Notes under the pieces: generated by a model
Told to the model about the DNA's origin: nothing
The model's database searches: none
Seen by the model: only the letters and a program-made list of their open reading frames with translations
Shown: in pieces, positions 8,402 through 16,653 of the stretch
How the letters are laid out: every line of letters starts with the position of its first letter
Position numbering within the stretch: the stretch's first letter is position 1
Assembly (NCBI GenBank): GCA_038845975.1
Contig: JAWBQF010000042.1
Coordinates: 1-17,965 of the forward strand
DNA length: 17,965 bases
Source: Candidatus Methanomethylicia archaeon
GTDB lineage: Archaea > Thermoproteota > Methanomethylicia > CALHIW01
Reading direction: 5' to 3'
Translations under genes and position numbers: made by a program

Positions 8402-8917
8402 ATGGATATTTTAGAGCTTATTAAGAGTAGGAGGAGTATAAGGAGGTATATGGAGAAAGCAGTTCCTAGCGAACTAGTTAGGAAGATATTAGAGGCTGGT
8501 AGATGGGCTCCATCAGCAAATAATAGCCAGCCATGGAGTTTTATAGTATTAAAAAGTGAAGAAGTAAGGAGAAGAGTTGCAGAAGCTACAACATATGGAA
8601 GATTCTTAGCAAATGCTCCTATCGGAATAGCTGTTGTTATTGATCCTGAGCTATCAAGACATGCAGTAGAAGATGGAGCTATTGCAACTATGAATATGCT
8701 TCTTGAAGCTCATGCTTTAGGTCTTGGTGCCTGCTGGATAGGAGCATACAATTCACCTTACGAGGAGAAGATTAAGGAAATACTTAAAATCCCAAAGAAT
8801 AAAAGAATACTATCTATAGTTTCTATAGGTTACCCAGCAGAATCGCCATCAAAAAATCGTAAAGAATTAGATGAAATTGTATTTATTGACAACTATGGAA
8901 ATAAAGAAAAACTCTAA
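8402..8917 (+). CDS. Nitroreductase-family FMN-dependent oxidoreductase
   Basis: RRSIRRY, APSANNSQPWSF, DGAIATMNMLLEAHALGLGACWIG and SIGYP are standard family motifs; 171 aa. Confidence 0.93.
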   Translation: MDILELIKSRRSIRRYMEKAVPSELVRKILEAGRWAPSANNSQPWSFIVLKSEEVRRRVAEATTYGRFLANAPIGIAVVIDPELSRHAVEDGAIATMNMLLEAHALGLGACWIGAYNSPYEEKIKEILKIPKNKRILSIVSIGYPAESPSKNRKELDEIVFIDNYGNKEKL

Positions 8918-9070
8918 TTTGAGAAGCTAGCTGGAAGTAGTGAATATTAAGACTGCTTAACTGCATTATAAGTATAAAATAATGGTTCTGTCCGGATAAG
9001 ATATAGGTTGAGAATAGGTTTAATCTTTTCTTGTTTTTGTTTTTTCCTAAAGTATTGTTGCTATTCTTAT

Positions 9071-9179
9071 GAGCTCATTGCAAAACTCCAAATTTAAGCA
9101 TGTTAACAATCTTTTACAATACTATTCTCATGTAGAATTAAACTGTTAAACCTTAGTAGTAGAGTTTTGCAATGACTTC
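9071..9179. mobile_element. 109-bp MITE-like element nested in the IS6 3' region (IS5-type ends)
   Basis: Ends GAGCTCATTGCAAAACTC (9071-9088) and revcomp GAAGTCATTGCAAAACTC (9162-9179) match 16/18, inner 14 bp perfect. TAT flanks both sides (9068-9070, 9180-9182). No coding capacity. Confidence 0.7.
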
Positions 9180-9256
9180 TATCTTAAAAAGTTTAATATT
9201 TTAGTCATCTCTTGCTTTTTAAAATTTAATGTTAAATATGATGATATGATAATAAG

Positions 9257-9929
9257 TTATCTCTTGCTTTCCTTGCCTAGAAAGTCGTAGTAGAACTTAA
9301 GGCTCTTAGAAGCTGTTAGATTCCTTAAAGCTAGGCTTTGTTCACTCCCACTTAGCTTTCTAAGGGTATTTCTTAAGTTAACGTTGATGTTATGGAGGAA
9401 TATGCCTGTACGATGCTTCAGGTAGGCAAAAACCCTTTCCACCAAGCTTCTTCTCCATGTTTTGATGCTCCTGCTCTAATCCTAGCTGCTCAACCCCTTC
9501 CTCAAGCCAACCCGCCCTATCCCTTATTATTCTCGGCTTGTTAGGCATTTATTAAGACTTTTGAAGGAAAGCCTAGTTGCTAAAGAACTCCTAGCAGGTC
9601 CTTATCTCTACAAGCTCCTAGTATCAACATCTATGGCAACATAAACCCAAACTTCCCGCCCTTAAGCTTGAGGCAATCTTCATCTATAGCTATGGCTTCT
9701 TTGGCTTCCCCCATTCTTTAGCTTCCAAAATAGCCCTGAACTTCAAGCACCACTCGTTTAGATTTACTGGCAAATTCCCTCCAAAGCTCAAGAAGCCTAG
9801 AAGCTTTCCACAAGAGCTCAGTATCAACCATAATAGAAAAGCCTTCACCTTCAGCTCAATCGGCTTTCTATTTCCTTTAAAGATATTTAAGCTCCCAGCC
9901 CAATCTATTAACTGGGCTGGAATCTCCAT
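9257..9929 (-). pseudogene. Frameshifted IS6 DDE transposase
   Basis: MEIPAQL...FKGNRKPIELKVKA / AIAIDEDCLKLKGGK / VWVYVAIDVDTR / NKPRIIRDRAGWLEE...LGLE / RRSLVERVFAYLKHRT are spread over several frames. ORFs 9690..9950 and 9257..9445 are pieces of it. Confidence 0.88.
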
Positions 9930-10039
9930 AATATTAATTACCCAGCCCAACTTTTATCCGGACAGAACCAAAATAATTAGGGAAAAATAGTAAATTAGAG
10001 TAGAATTTATTATGGAGGCTTCTATAGAACTGGATGAGT

Positions 10040-10429
10040 TTAATCACTACTAAGAAGTTCTTGTAGTTTAGTAGTAGTTTTAGATGTTGGCTTAATAGAT
10101 ACCATTACACGTCCATATATTGGAAAGCCTTCCTGACCCATGAATGGTGGGAGTAAAGACATGCTCCATGGACTCATAGGCATAACAGCAACATCATCCT
10201 CAAGGCTTTCATCAGCTTTAACCCTAACAACAACGGAGTTGAAAAGCGATGATACCTCCACGTTATCGCCGTTTTTTATACCCATCTCAACCATGGAAGA
10301 TTTAGAAATGGAAACTATAGCTACACTATTAGCATACTCACTATTTAAACTACCCATCTTAGACATTAACTCCGAATTATGAGTTCTTGTAATAACAAGC
10401 TTAAACTGTCTAGACACATGAGAAGACAT
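10040..10429 (-). CDS. fwdD: FwdD-like molybdopterin-dinucleotide-binding subunit, divergent
   Basis: 129 aa; LVITRT, EY...VA, M..MGIKNGDNVEVSS, VVVR and MPMSPW match the FwdD double-psi barrel pattern. Confidence 0.8.
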   Translation of the reverse strand: MSSHVSRQFKLVITRTHNSELMSKMGSLNSEYANSVAIVSISKSSMVEMGIKNGDNVEVSSLFNSVVVRVKADESLEDDVAVMPMSPWSMSLLPPFMGQEGFPIYGRVMVSIKPTSKTTTKLQELLSSD

Positions 10430-10713
10430 AGTAGATAAATATAAAGGTATCTATATATTTACGATTCTGTAAACTTTAGATGTGAAGTATATGTAGTTTG
10501 TGATAGGTTAATAAGAAATATTTGACTTAATTACTAATTAATTAGGTTGCTTTCAATACATTTAAACCATAATTCTCACTGAATTAATGTTTAACTAGTT
10601 ATACATTATCTATACATCATTAGATATGCTTATATGAAAGATTTAAATACTATTAAACACTGTTATATTGATGATTCAAGTAAAAGATATAAGCTTAGTC
10701 TAGTTGATGCATT

Positions 10714-11175
10714 ATGCTTGAAAACAAGAATAAGAAACTAATTCAATATTACGTATTAAAGTGTTTTCAGTGTGGAGTATGTACAGGTTCATGTCCAGTA
10801 TCATCTATTACACCGTTTAATCCAAGAAGGATAGCGTATAAAATAGTTAGAGGAATAGGAGGAATTGATGAGATATGGTATTGTCTTATATGTCATATAT
10901 GTGAAGCAAGATGTCCAAGCCTTATAGAATTCACTAAAGTAGTAACTAAGCTTAGAGAGGAAAGCATTAGGGCAAGAAGAGATATATTAAATACCTACAG
11001 GGAAATGCTAAAACAGTTTTTAGATAGTGGATTAGTAATTAAGCCTATAAGTAATGAAGTTGAAGTCTACCGTGAAAAGCTAAAACAAGACCTAGATAAG
11101 GAGGGATTTCATAGAGTATTAAGAGAAATATTTATGAAGACAGGATTTCAAGGGGTTGGAATTGACGAGGATTAA
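10714..11175 (+). CDS. hdrC: Heterodisulfide reductase subunit C (2x[4Fe-4S])
   Basis: CFQCGVCTGSCP...FNPRRI...IWYCLICHICEARCP; overlaps hdrB. Confidence 0.88.
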   Translation: MLENKNKKLIQYYVLKCFQCGVCTGSCPVSSITPFNPRRIAYKIVRGIGGIDEIWYCLICHICEARCPSLIEFTKVVTKLREESIRARRDILNTYREMLKQFLDSGLVIKPISNEVEVYREKLKQDLDKEGFHRVLREIFMKTGFQGVGIDED

Positions 11176-12049
11176 TGATGTCCCAAATAGTGAAGAACCA
11201 TTATACTACTATCCAGGATGTCTTTCACTAAATATGTATCCAGGTATTGCATACTCAACATTAAAAGTTCTTGAAATGCTAGGTTATAAGGTATTTTTAG
11301 GAGAGGAGATATGTTGTAGCTTAACATTTAAGAATGTAGGGTTAATGCCTCCTGAAACTGTATATTCTATCAATGCCTTTATAATGTCGAAGACATATTT
11401 AAAATCTAGATTTATTGTAACATCATGTAATGGATGCTACTCAAACTTAAACGATACATTAAAGAAACTAGAAGATGAAGGTTTTAGAAGGCTTATTGAC
11501 GAGTTGAATATGACAATACCCCAGGGTATTAAGATTATACATGTAGCTGAAGTAATATACAAGCAAATAGAAGAAATAGCTAGGATAGGGGAGAGAAATC
11601 TTAAAGGATTAAGAGTAGCAGTCCATTATGGATGTGATTATACGTATGCTCATCCAGATCTAGTTATTGATAGTGTTGAGTATCCAAGATTCCTCGATGA
11701 CTTTATTGAAAGATTCGGAGGTGAACCTATTGAATACGATGAGAAGCAAACATGCTGTGGCCAACCAGCAATTAAGGGGGTGGGAGATATAACTATGGAG
11801 CTAGCTAAGAGGAAAATACTAAGTATAAATAGCGTAGATACGGATATTCTACTTGTAATGTGTCCAGCATGCCTACTAGCATTTGATAGGGTGCAGTATA
11901 GCTTAATAAGCTTAGGGGAGATAAATAGAGTAATACCGGTAATACATGTATCACAGCTAGCAGGATTAATTCTAGGTTTAAACTTTAAAGATCTAGGTTT
12001 AGATCTCCATCTAGTTAAGGAGTTTAATAGGTTTCATGGTTTAAGATAG
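11156..12049 (+). CDS. hdrB: Heterodisulfide reductase subunit B-like protein (two CCG domains)
   Basis: YYPGC, ICC, SCNGC, HYGC, TCCG and MCPAC give ten Cys for two non-cubane clusters; C-terminal PVIHVSQL.GL.LG. The true start may be TTG 11162 (AGGGG at 11151-11155). Confidence 0.9.
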   Translation: MELTRINDVPNSEEPLYYYPGCLSLNMYPGIAYSTLKVLEMLGYKVFLGEEICCSLTFKNVGLMPPETVYSINAFIMSKTYLKSRFIVTSCNGCYSNLNDTLKKLEDEGFRRLIDELNMTIPQGIKIIHVAEVIYKQIEEIARIGERNLKGLRVAVHYGCDYTYAHPDLVIDSVEYPRFLDDFIERFGGEPIEYDEKQTCCGQPAIKGVGDITMELAKRKILSINSVDTDILLVMCPACLLAFDRVQYSLISLGEINRVIPVIHVSQLAGLILGLNFKDLGLDLHLVKEFNRFHGLR

Positions 12050-13189
12050 CTAACTAATTAAAGCTCTAATGAAGCTAGATATAACTAGATGAATTTTTAA
12101 TATTATGCTTCTAGGTATGGATTCATGATTATCAAAATCTAAATCTCTACCAATAGCTTCTAGCAAGTTGGATTGACTAATTATACTAAATGCTTTATCC
12201 ATTGTTTTCGGCGTATTAACCAGCAGATTTAAAAGCTTAACTAATACTCTTTGCCTTCTAAGCTTCATTACTAAATCTAAATTAAGCTTAGCATATCTTA
12301 CTCCAATATTATTTACATCGCTACATTCATTAAAAGCCTTAGTAAGAGCATCTACAGATTTTAAACCAGTTAGTAGACCTCCACCAGTTAATGGTTTTAC
12401 CTGAATAGCAGAATCACCAATATATAGTAGTCTACCAAGATAGGGGGTTTTTAAGACAGGACCTCTAAGTATCCATCCACCGAAAACTCTTAAAACTCTA
12501 TATTTACCGATTTGTTTTGAAATTATTGGATGCTTACTTAAAACATAAATAAGCCTAGTGTAAGGCTTCCTACTAGATCCTAATCCAACTCTTACAATTC
12601 CATCTCCTAGAGGAAGAAGCCATATGAAGAATTTAGGAGTTAATTTAGAGAAGAACACTTGTATAGTATCTAAATCAACATTACTTAGTCTACATTCTAA
12701 ATCCATCTGGATACCTGGAACCCTATCAACATATGGATTTAATGTTTTACCCAGTATCCTATGTGAAGCTCCTTCAGCATTAATTACTAAATCGTAGCTT
12801 TTAATTATACCATTAACTTCAATAGATGCCTTTCTGTAGTTTACAGCATTAACCCTTACACCTAAACAGCAATATTCATAACATCTATCATAGAGTTCAC
12901 AATCAAAACCAACTCTATCAATAACTCCTACAAACCATGAATTATCATGTAGAGTTACCGATATGTTACTGGGTGAATACAGTTTTATTCTATTAAACCT
13001 ATTTAGAATATGCTTACTACCTACATATCTCTCAATAAAGCTCCTACTAACTACACCAGCACAATGTTGAGGTATACCAATAGACTTATGTTCTTCATAT
13101 ACTGTAACACTATGACCTAAACTAGAAAGCTTTTTCGCAATACTTAAACCAATAGGTCCAGCACCTATAATTGCTATTTTCATCCACAT
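12050..13189 (-). CDS. Geranylgeranyl-reductase-family FAD-dependent oxidoreductase
   Basis: IIGAGPIG, PQHCAG, IDRVGFD, INAEG, FIWLLP, VRVGL and IGDSAIQVKPLTGGG. Probable start is ATG 13183. Confidence 0.85.
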   Translation of the reverse strand: MWMKIAIIGAGPIGLSIAKKLSSLGHSVTVYEEHKSIGIPQHCAGVVSRSFIERYVGSKHILNRFNRIKLYSPSNISVTLHDNSWFVGVIDRVGFDCELYDRCYEYCCLGVRVNAVNYRKASIEVNGIIKSYDLVINAEGASHRILGKTLNPYVDRVPGIQMDLECRLSNVDLDTIQVFFSKLTPKFFIWLLPLGDGIVRVGLGSSRKPYTRLIYVLSKHPIISKQIGKYRVLRVFGGWILRGPVLKTPYLGRLLYIGDSAIQVKPLTGGGLLTGLKSVDALTKAFNECSDVNNIGVRYAKLNLDLVMKLRRQRVLVKLLNLLVNTPKTMDKAFSIISQSNLLEAIGRDLDFDNHESIPRSIILKIHLVISSFIRALIS

Positions 13190-13293
13190 CCCATAGTGAA
13201 TTATTCATTAATTCTATTTAGATATATGTAAAGGAAGGAACCGAGGAATAATAGAAATACTTTTGGGATTGATATTTGTAGCCATATAAACCA

Positions 13294-14259
13294 TTAATAT
13301 AGATGACATGCAACAAAATGCTTTGAGCATACTTCCCTTAAAGTAGGCTCATTTAGATTACATTTACCATCAATTATCTTAGGACATCTAGGATGAAATC
13401 TACATCCTGTAGGTGGATTAATTGGGCTTGGAGGCTCTCCTGGAACAATAGGTCTCTCCCTAAACCTATTTTCAGGGTCAGGATCAGGTATAGCATTTAT
13501 TAGGGCAACTGTATATGGATGAAGAGGATTTTTTAAAACTTCTCTTATTGAGCCATACTCAACAATCTTTCCAAGGTACATAACACCAATATTATGTGAG
13601 AAGTATTTAGCTGTAGCTATGTCATGAGTTATATACATCATTCCAATACCATACTTTTCCTGAAGCTCTCTAAATAGTAACAGTATTTCAGCCCTACTGG
13701 AAGCATCAATCATTGATACAGGTTCATCGGCAACTATAAAGCTTGGATTTAAAACTAGAGCTCTTGCAATACATACTCTTTGCCTCTGTCCACCTGAAAG
13801 CATATGTGGAAACTTTAAAATAAACTCTTCAGGGGGAGAAAGCCTTACATTACTTAATGTTTTTAAAATAATTTCTCTACGTTCAGAAACATCTTTAACT
13901 CCATGTATTATTAGAGGTTCTTCAAGTATTTGCTTAATCGTCATGTATGGATTTAGAGATGAAAACGGATCCTGAAATATTATTTGAGCTTCCTTCCTAA
14001 TCCATCTAATATCTCCCTTAATATTCGTTATGTCACTACCTTTAAAAACTATTTTACCTGATGTAGGCTCTATAAGCTTAACAGCTGTACGTCCAAGTGT
14101 AGTTTTTCCACTACCAGACTCACCAACTATTGCTACTATTTCACCTTTAGATATAGTCATAGATACACCATCAACAGCTTTAACAGTTAACGTTTTAAAG
14201 AAGCCTTTACGAACACTAAAATATGTTTTAATATCTACTAGTTTAAGTATAGGCTCCAT
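13294..14259 (-). CDS. dppF: Oligopeptide/dipeptide ABC transporter ATP-binding protein
   Basis: GESGSGKT, LSGGQRQR, ADEP, HPYT and a C-terminal GCRFHPRC...C...C domain. Confidence 0.93.
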   Translation of the reverse strand: MEPILKLVDIKTYFSVRKGFFKTLTVKAVDGVSMTISKGEIVAIVGESGSGKTTLGRTAVKLIEPTSGKIVFKGSDITNIKGDIRWIRKEAQIIFQDPFSSLNPYMTIKQILEEPLIIHGVKDVSERREIILKTLSNVRLSPPEEFILKFPHMLSGGQRQRVCIARALVLNPSFIVADEPVSMIDASSRAEILLLFRELQEKYGIGMMYITHDIATAKYFSHNIGVMYLGKIVEYGSIREVLKNPLHPYTVALINAIPDPDPENRFRERPIVPGEPPSPINPPTGCRFHPRCPKIIDGKCNLNEPTLREVCSKHFVACHLY

Positions 14260-14265
14260 AAATCA

Positions 14266-15213
14266 TCACTTGTAAAGCCAACACTTAACAAAGCTACCGT
14301 TTACTAGTATACTTTGAGGATTTTCCCTATAGCATTTATCCATTACGTATGGACATCTAGGATGAAATCTACATCCAGATGGAGGAGCTACAAGATCTGG
14401 AGGAGCTCCAGGTATGAATTCAGGTGTTTTATCACTGTGTAGTCTAGGAATACTGCTAAGTAGTTTTTGAGTATATGGATGCTTAGGAGATAGAAGCACC
14501 TTCTCAGCACTACCAAGCTCTACAAGCTCTCCAGCATACATAACTCCAAAATCATCACATATATCGCTTGCTAAAGCTATATCGTGAGTTATGAAGATCA
14601 TTGAAATACCAAGTTTTCTCTTAAGGCTTTTAAGTAAATTCATTATTTGAGCTTGAATGCTTACATCAAGCGCTGATGTAGGCTCATCTAGAATTAATAT
14701 ATCTGGATTTAGTGTTAAAGCCATAGCTATAATAGCTCTCTGCTTCATACCTCCGCTAAGCTCATGGGGATACCTATTAACAATATCAGGAGGTAAACCT
14801 ACAAGCCTAAAAAGCTCCTCAACAATTTTTAAAGCTTCCTCTTTTCTTAAACCCTTATGGATAATAAGAGGTTCAGCAACTTGAAAACCAACTTTAAGAA
14901 CAGGATTTAGGGAATTCATAGCACCTTGAAAAACCATTGATATTCTCCTCCATCTAATCTTAGATCTAAACTCAGCCTCATTAAGAATCGTTAAATCCAT
15001 ATCTTCAAGATATATCTTACCCTCATATCTTGAAACATTTCTTGGAAGATTTCTAACTATAGCATTAGCTGTACTTGACTTACCACATCCAGATTCACCT
15101 ACAATTCCTAGAGTTTTACCCTTATCTAAGCTAAGAGATACACCATCAACAGCTTTAACATCCCCTCTTAAAGTTTTAAAGTAAAGTCTTAAACCACTTA
15201 CTTCAAGAAGCAT
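14266..15213 (-). CDS. dppD: Oligopeptide/dipeptide ABC transporter ATP-binding protein
   Basis: GESGCGKS, YPHELSGGMKQR, LDEPTSALD and GCRFHPRC. Confidence 0.93.
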   Translation of the reverse strand: MLLEVSGLRLYFKTLRGDVKAVDGVSLSLDKGKTLGIVGESGCGKSSTANAIVRNLPRNVSRYEGKIYLEDMDLTILNEAEFRSKIRWRRISMVFQGAMNSLNPVLKVGFQVAEPLIIHKGLRKEEALKIVEELFRLVGLPPDIVNRYPHELSGGMKQRAIIAMALTLNPDILILDEPTSALDVSIQAQIMNLLKSLKRKLGISMIFITHDIALASDICDDFGVMYAGELVELGSAEKVLLSPKHPYTQKLLSSIPRLHSDKTPEFIPGAPPDLVAPPSGCRFHPRCPYVMDKCYRENPQSILVNGSFVKCWLYK

Positions 15214-16653
15214 TTACTTCCACCTTCTCAGTCTAGGATTAACTACAGGTTCCATACCTAATGCTATAAATACGAAGGTAATTGCTGAATATACAATAAA
15301 CAAGCCGGGTGGAAGAATCCACCACCAATAACCTAGAAATACAGCACCATTTTTAAATCCATACTCTAATATTTGGCCCCATGTAGGCATAGTAACATCT
15401 CCAAGGCCTAGAAAGCTTAAAGCAGCTTCAGCTAGTATTGCGTAGGGAGTGAAGAAGATCATTTGAGCAAATACAAATGGTGCAACCTGCGGAAAAATAT
15501 GTTTAACCATTACTCTCAATCTAGATGCTCCAATAGCTACCGCAGCCTCAATAAACTGGGATGTCTTAGCTGAGAGAACCATAGATCTAACAATTATAGT
15601 TAGGCTTGGCCAGTTAAAGAATACAAGTACAAGTATGATTAGCCAAAGCTTACCACCAAATATAAATGATAACAATATGAGAAGAGGGAGAAGAGGAATA
15701 TTATTTATAGTATCTGCGAAACGCTGAATAAAATCATCAATTCGCCCACCAATATATCCACTTATAATTCCTAAACCAGCACCAATAACTGTTGTAAGTA
15801 GCGAGGTGCCAATACCAATGATTAACGCTACAGGAAAACCGAATAGTAAGCCTTGAGATAAATCACGTCCCAAAACATCAGTTCCCATTAAGCCATAAAC
15901 ATAACCACCTAAAACAACATTAACCATACCAATATTATCATTAACATCACTACATACCAATACAGTGCTAAAAACATATCTACCAGTTAATGGAGTAAAA
16001 GTATTTTTTCCACTAATATATCCGAAGATAATCCTTTCATTTCCAATCTCAAGAATACTACTAATTCCTAAGGATATGTTAAACTCCCTATACAGAAAAC
16101 CTATAAGAGACCTTGCTAAATACATATCTCCGCTTAAAAGTATCCTTTTAGGCTCTATTGAGAAGTATTTAAATGGGGGTATTACATTATTTGATGGTGT
16201 TTCAATAGCTAGAGTATATAGCTCTACAGTTTTTCCATCAGGTCTAGTTACATAAAACCTTACAATAGGCGGTGAATCCCTATTATGGAATAATAAATTA
16301 CTGATTCTTAACGTTATAAACTTTGGAAACTGATTATATTCATGGTTATAGCTTACATTATAGTATTTAATAAACCGGTTATTGTAGGTTTTAATTCCGG
16401 AAGCCTTACTTACTGAGAGCTCTGCATGGCTCATAAGCTTTTCAGAAAGGAAAATATTAATCCATTCAGGCTGAGCAGTTTTAGGATAATCAACCCAATA
16501 TAGAGGATTATACCAGTATCGAACCCCAAAATCTAAGGGTAGAGTAACTACAGTATAAATAGATACTATAACTAAAACCGTAAGAAATAGAATACCGATT
16601 TTCGATATATTACTAGCCCAGAACTCACTAAAAGACTCTCTAATAAAGCTCAT
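15214..16653 (-). CDS. dppC: Peptide ABC transporter permease with a large extracytoplasmic insert
   Basis: GTDVLGRD, FIEAAVAIGAS (EAA loop), HIFP, LSFLGLG and GYWWW..PPG, with a ~200-aa hydrophilic insert after TM1. Confidence 0.92.
   Translation of the reverse strand: MSFIRESFSEFWASNISKIGILFLTVLVIVSIYTVVTLPLDFGVRYWYNPLYWVDYPKTAQPEWINIFLSEKLMSHAELSVSKASGIKTYNNRFIKYYNVSYNHEYNQFPKFITLRISNLLFHNRDSPPIVRFYVTRPDGKTVELYTLAIETPSNNVIPPFKYFSIEPKRILLSGDMYLARSLIGFLYREFNISLGISSILEIGNERIIFGYISGKNTFTPLTGRYVFSTVLVCSDVNDNIGMVNVVLGGYVYGLMGTDVLGRDLSQGLLFGFPVALIIGIGTSLLTTVIGAGLGIISGYIGGRIDDFIQRFADTINNIPLLPLLILLSFIFGGKLWLIILVLVFFNWPSLTIIVRSMVLSAKTSQFIEAAVAIGASRLRVMVKHIFPQVAPFVFAQMIFFTPYAILAEAALSFLGLGDVTMPTWGQILEYGFKNGAVFLGYWWWILPPGLFIVYSAITFVFIALGMEPVVNPRLRRWK

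Larger units (their letters stand above)
8984..9969 (-). mobile_element. IS6-family insertion sequence with intact ends and a pseudogenised transposase
   Basis: Perfect 16-bp TIRs GGTTCTGTCCGGATAA (8984-8999; 9954-9969). 8-bp direct repeat AAAATAAT at 8976-8983 and 9970-9977. GG termini and an 8-bp TSD are typical of IS6. Confidence 0.93.

Noticed and set aside
10140-10382. 80-aa plus-strand ORF
   Set aside because: Antisense shadow of fwdD.
10534-10601. Short palindromes CTAATTAATTAG and TAACTAGTTA in the fwdD/hdrC spacer
   Set aside because: Low-complexity AT palindromes with no independent support.
14030-16255. Plus-strand ORFs 14030..14275, 14657..14884 and 15965..16255
   Set aside because: Antisense to well-supported dpp genes.
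15900-16500. Large insert in DppC
   Set aside because: Common in archaeal peptide-ABC permeases.
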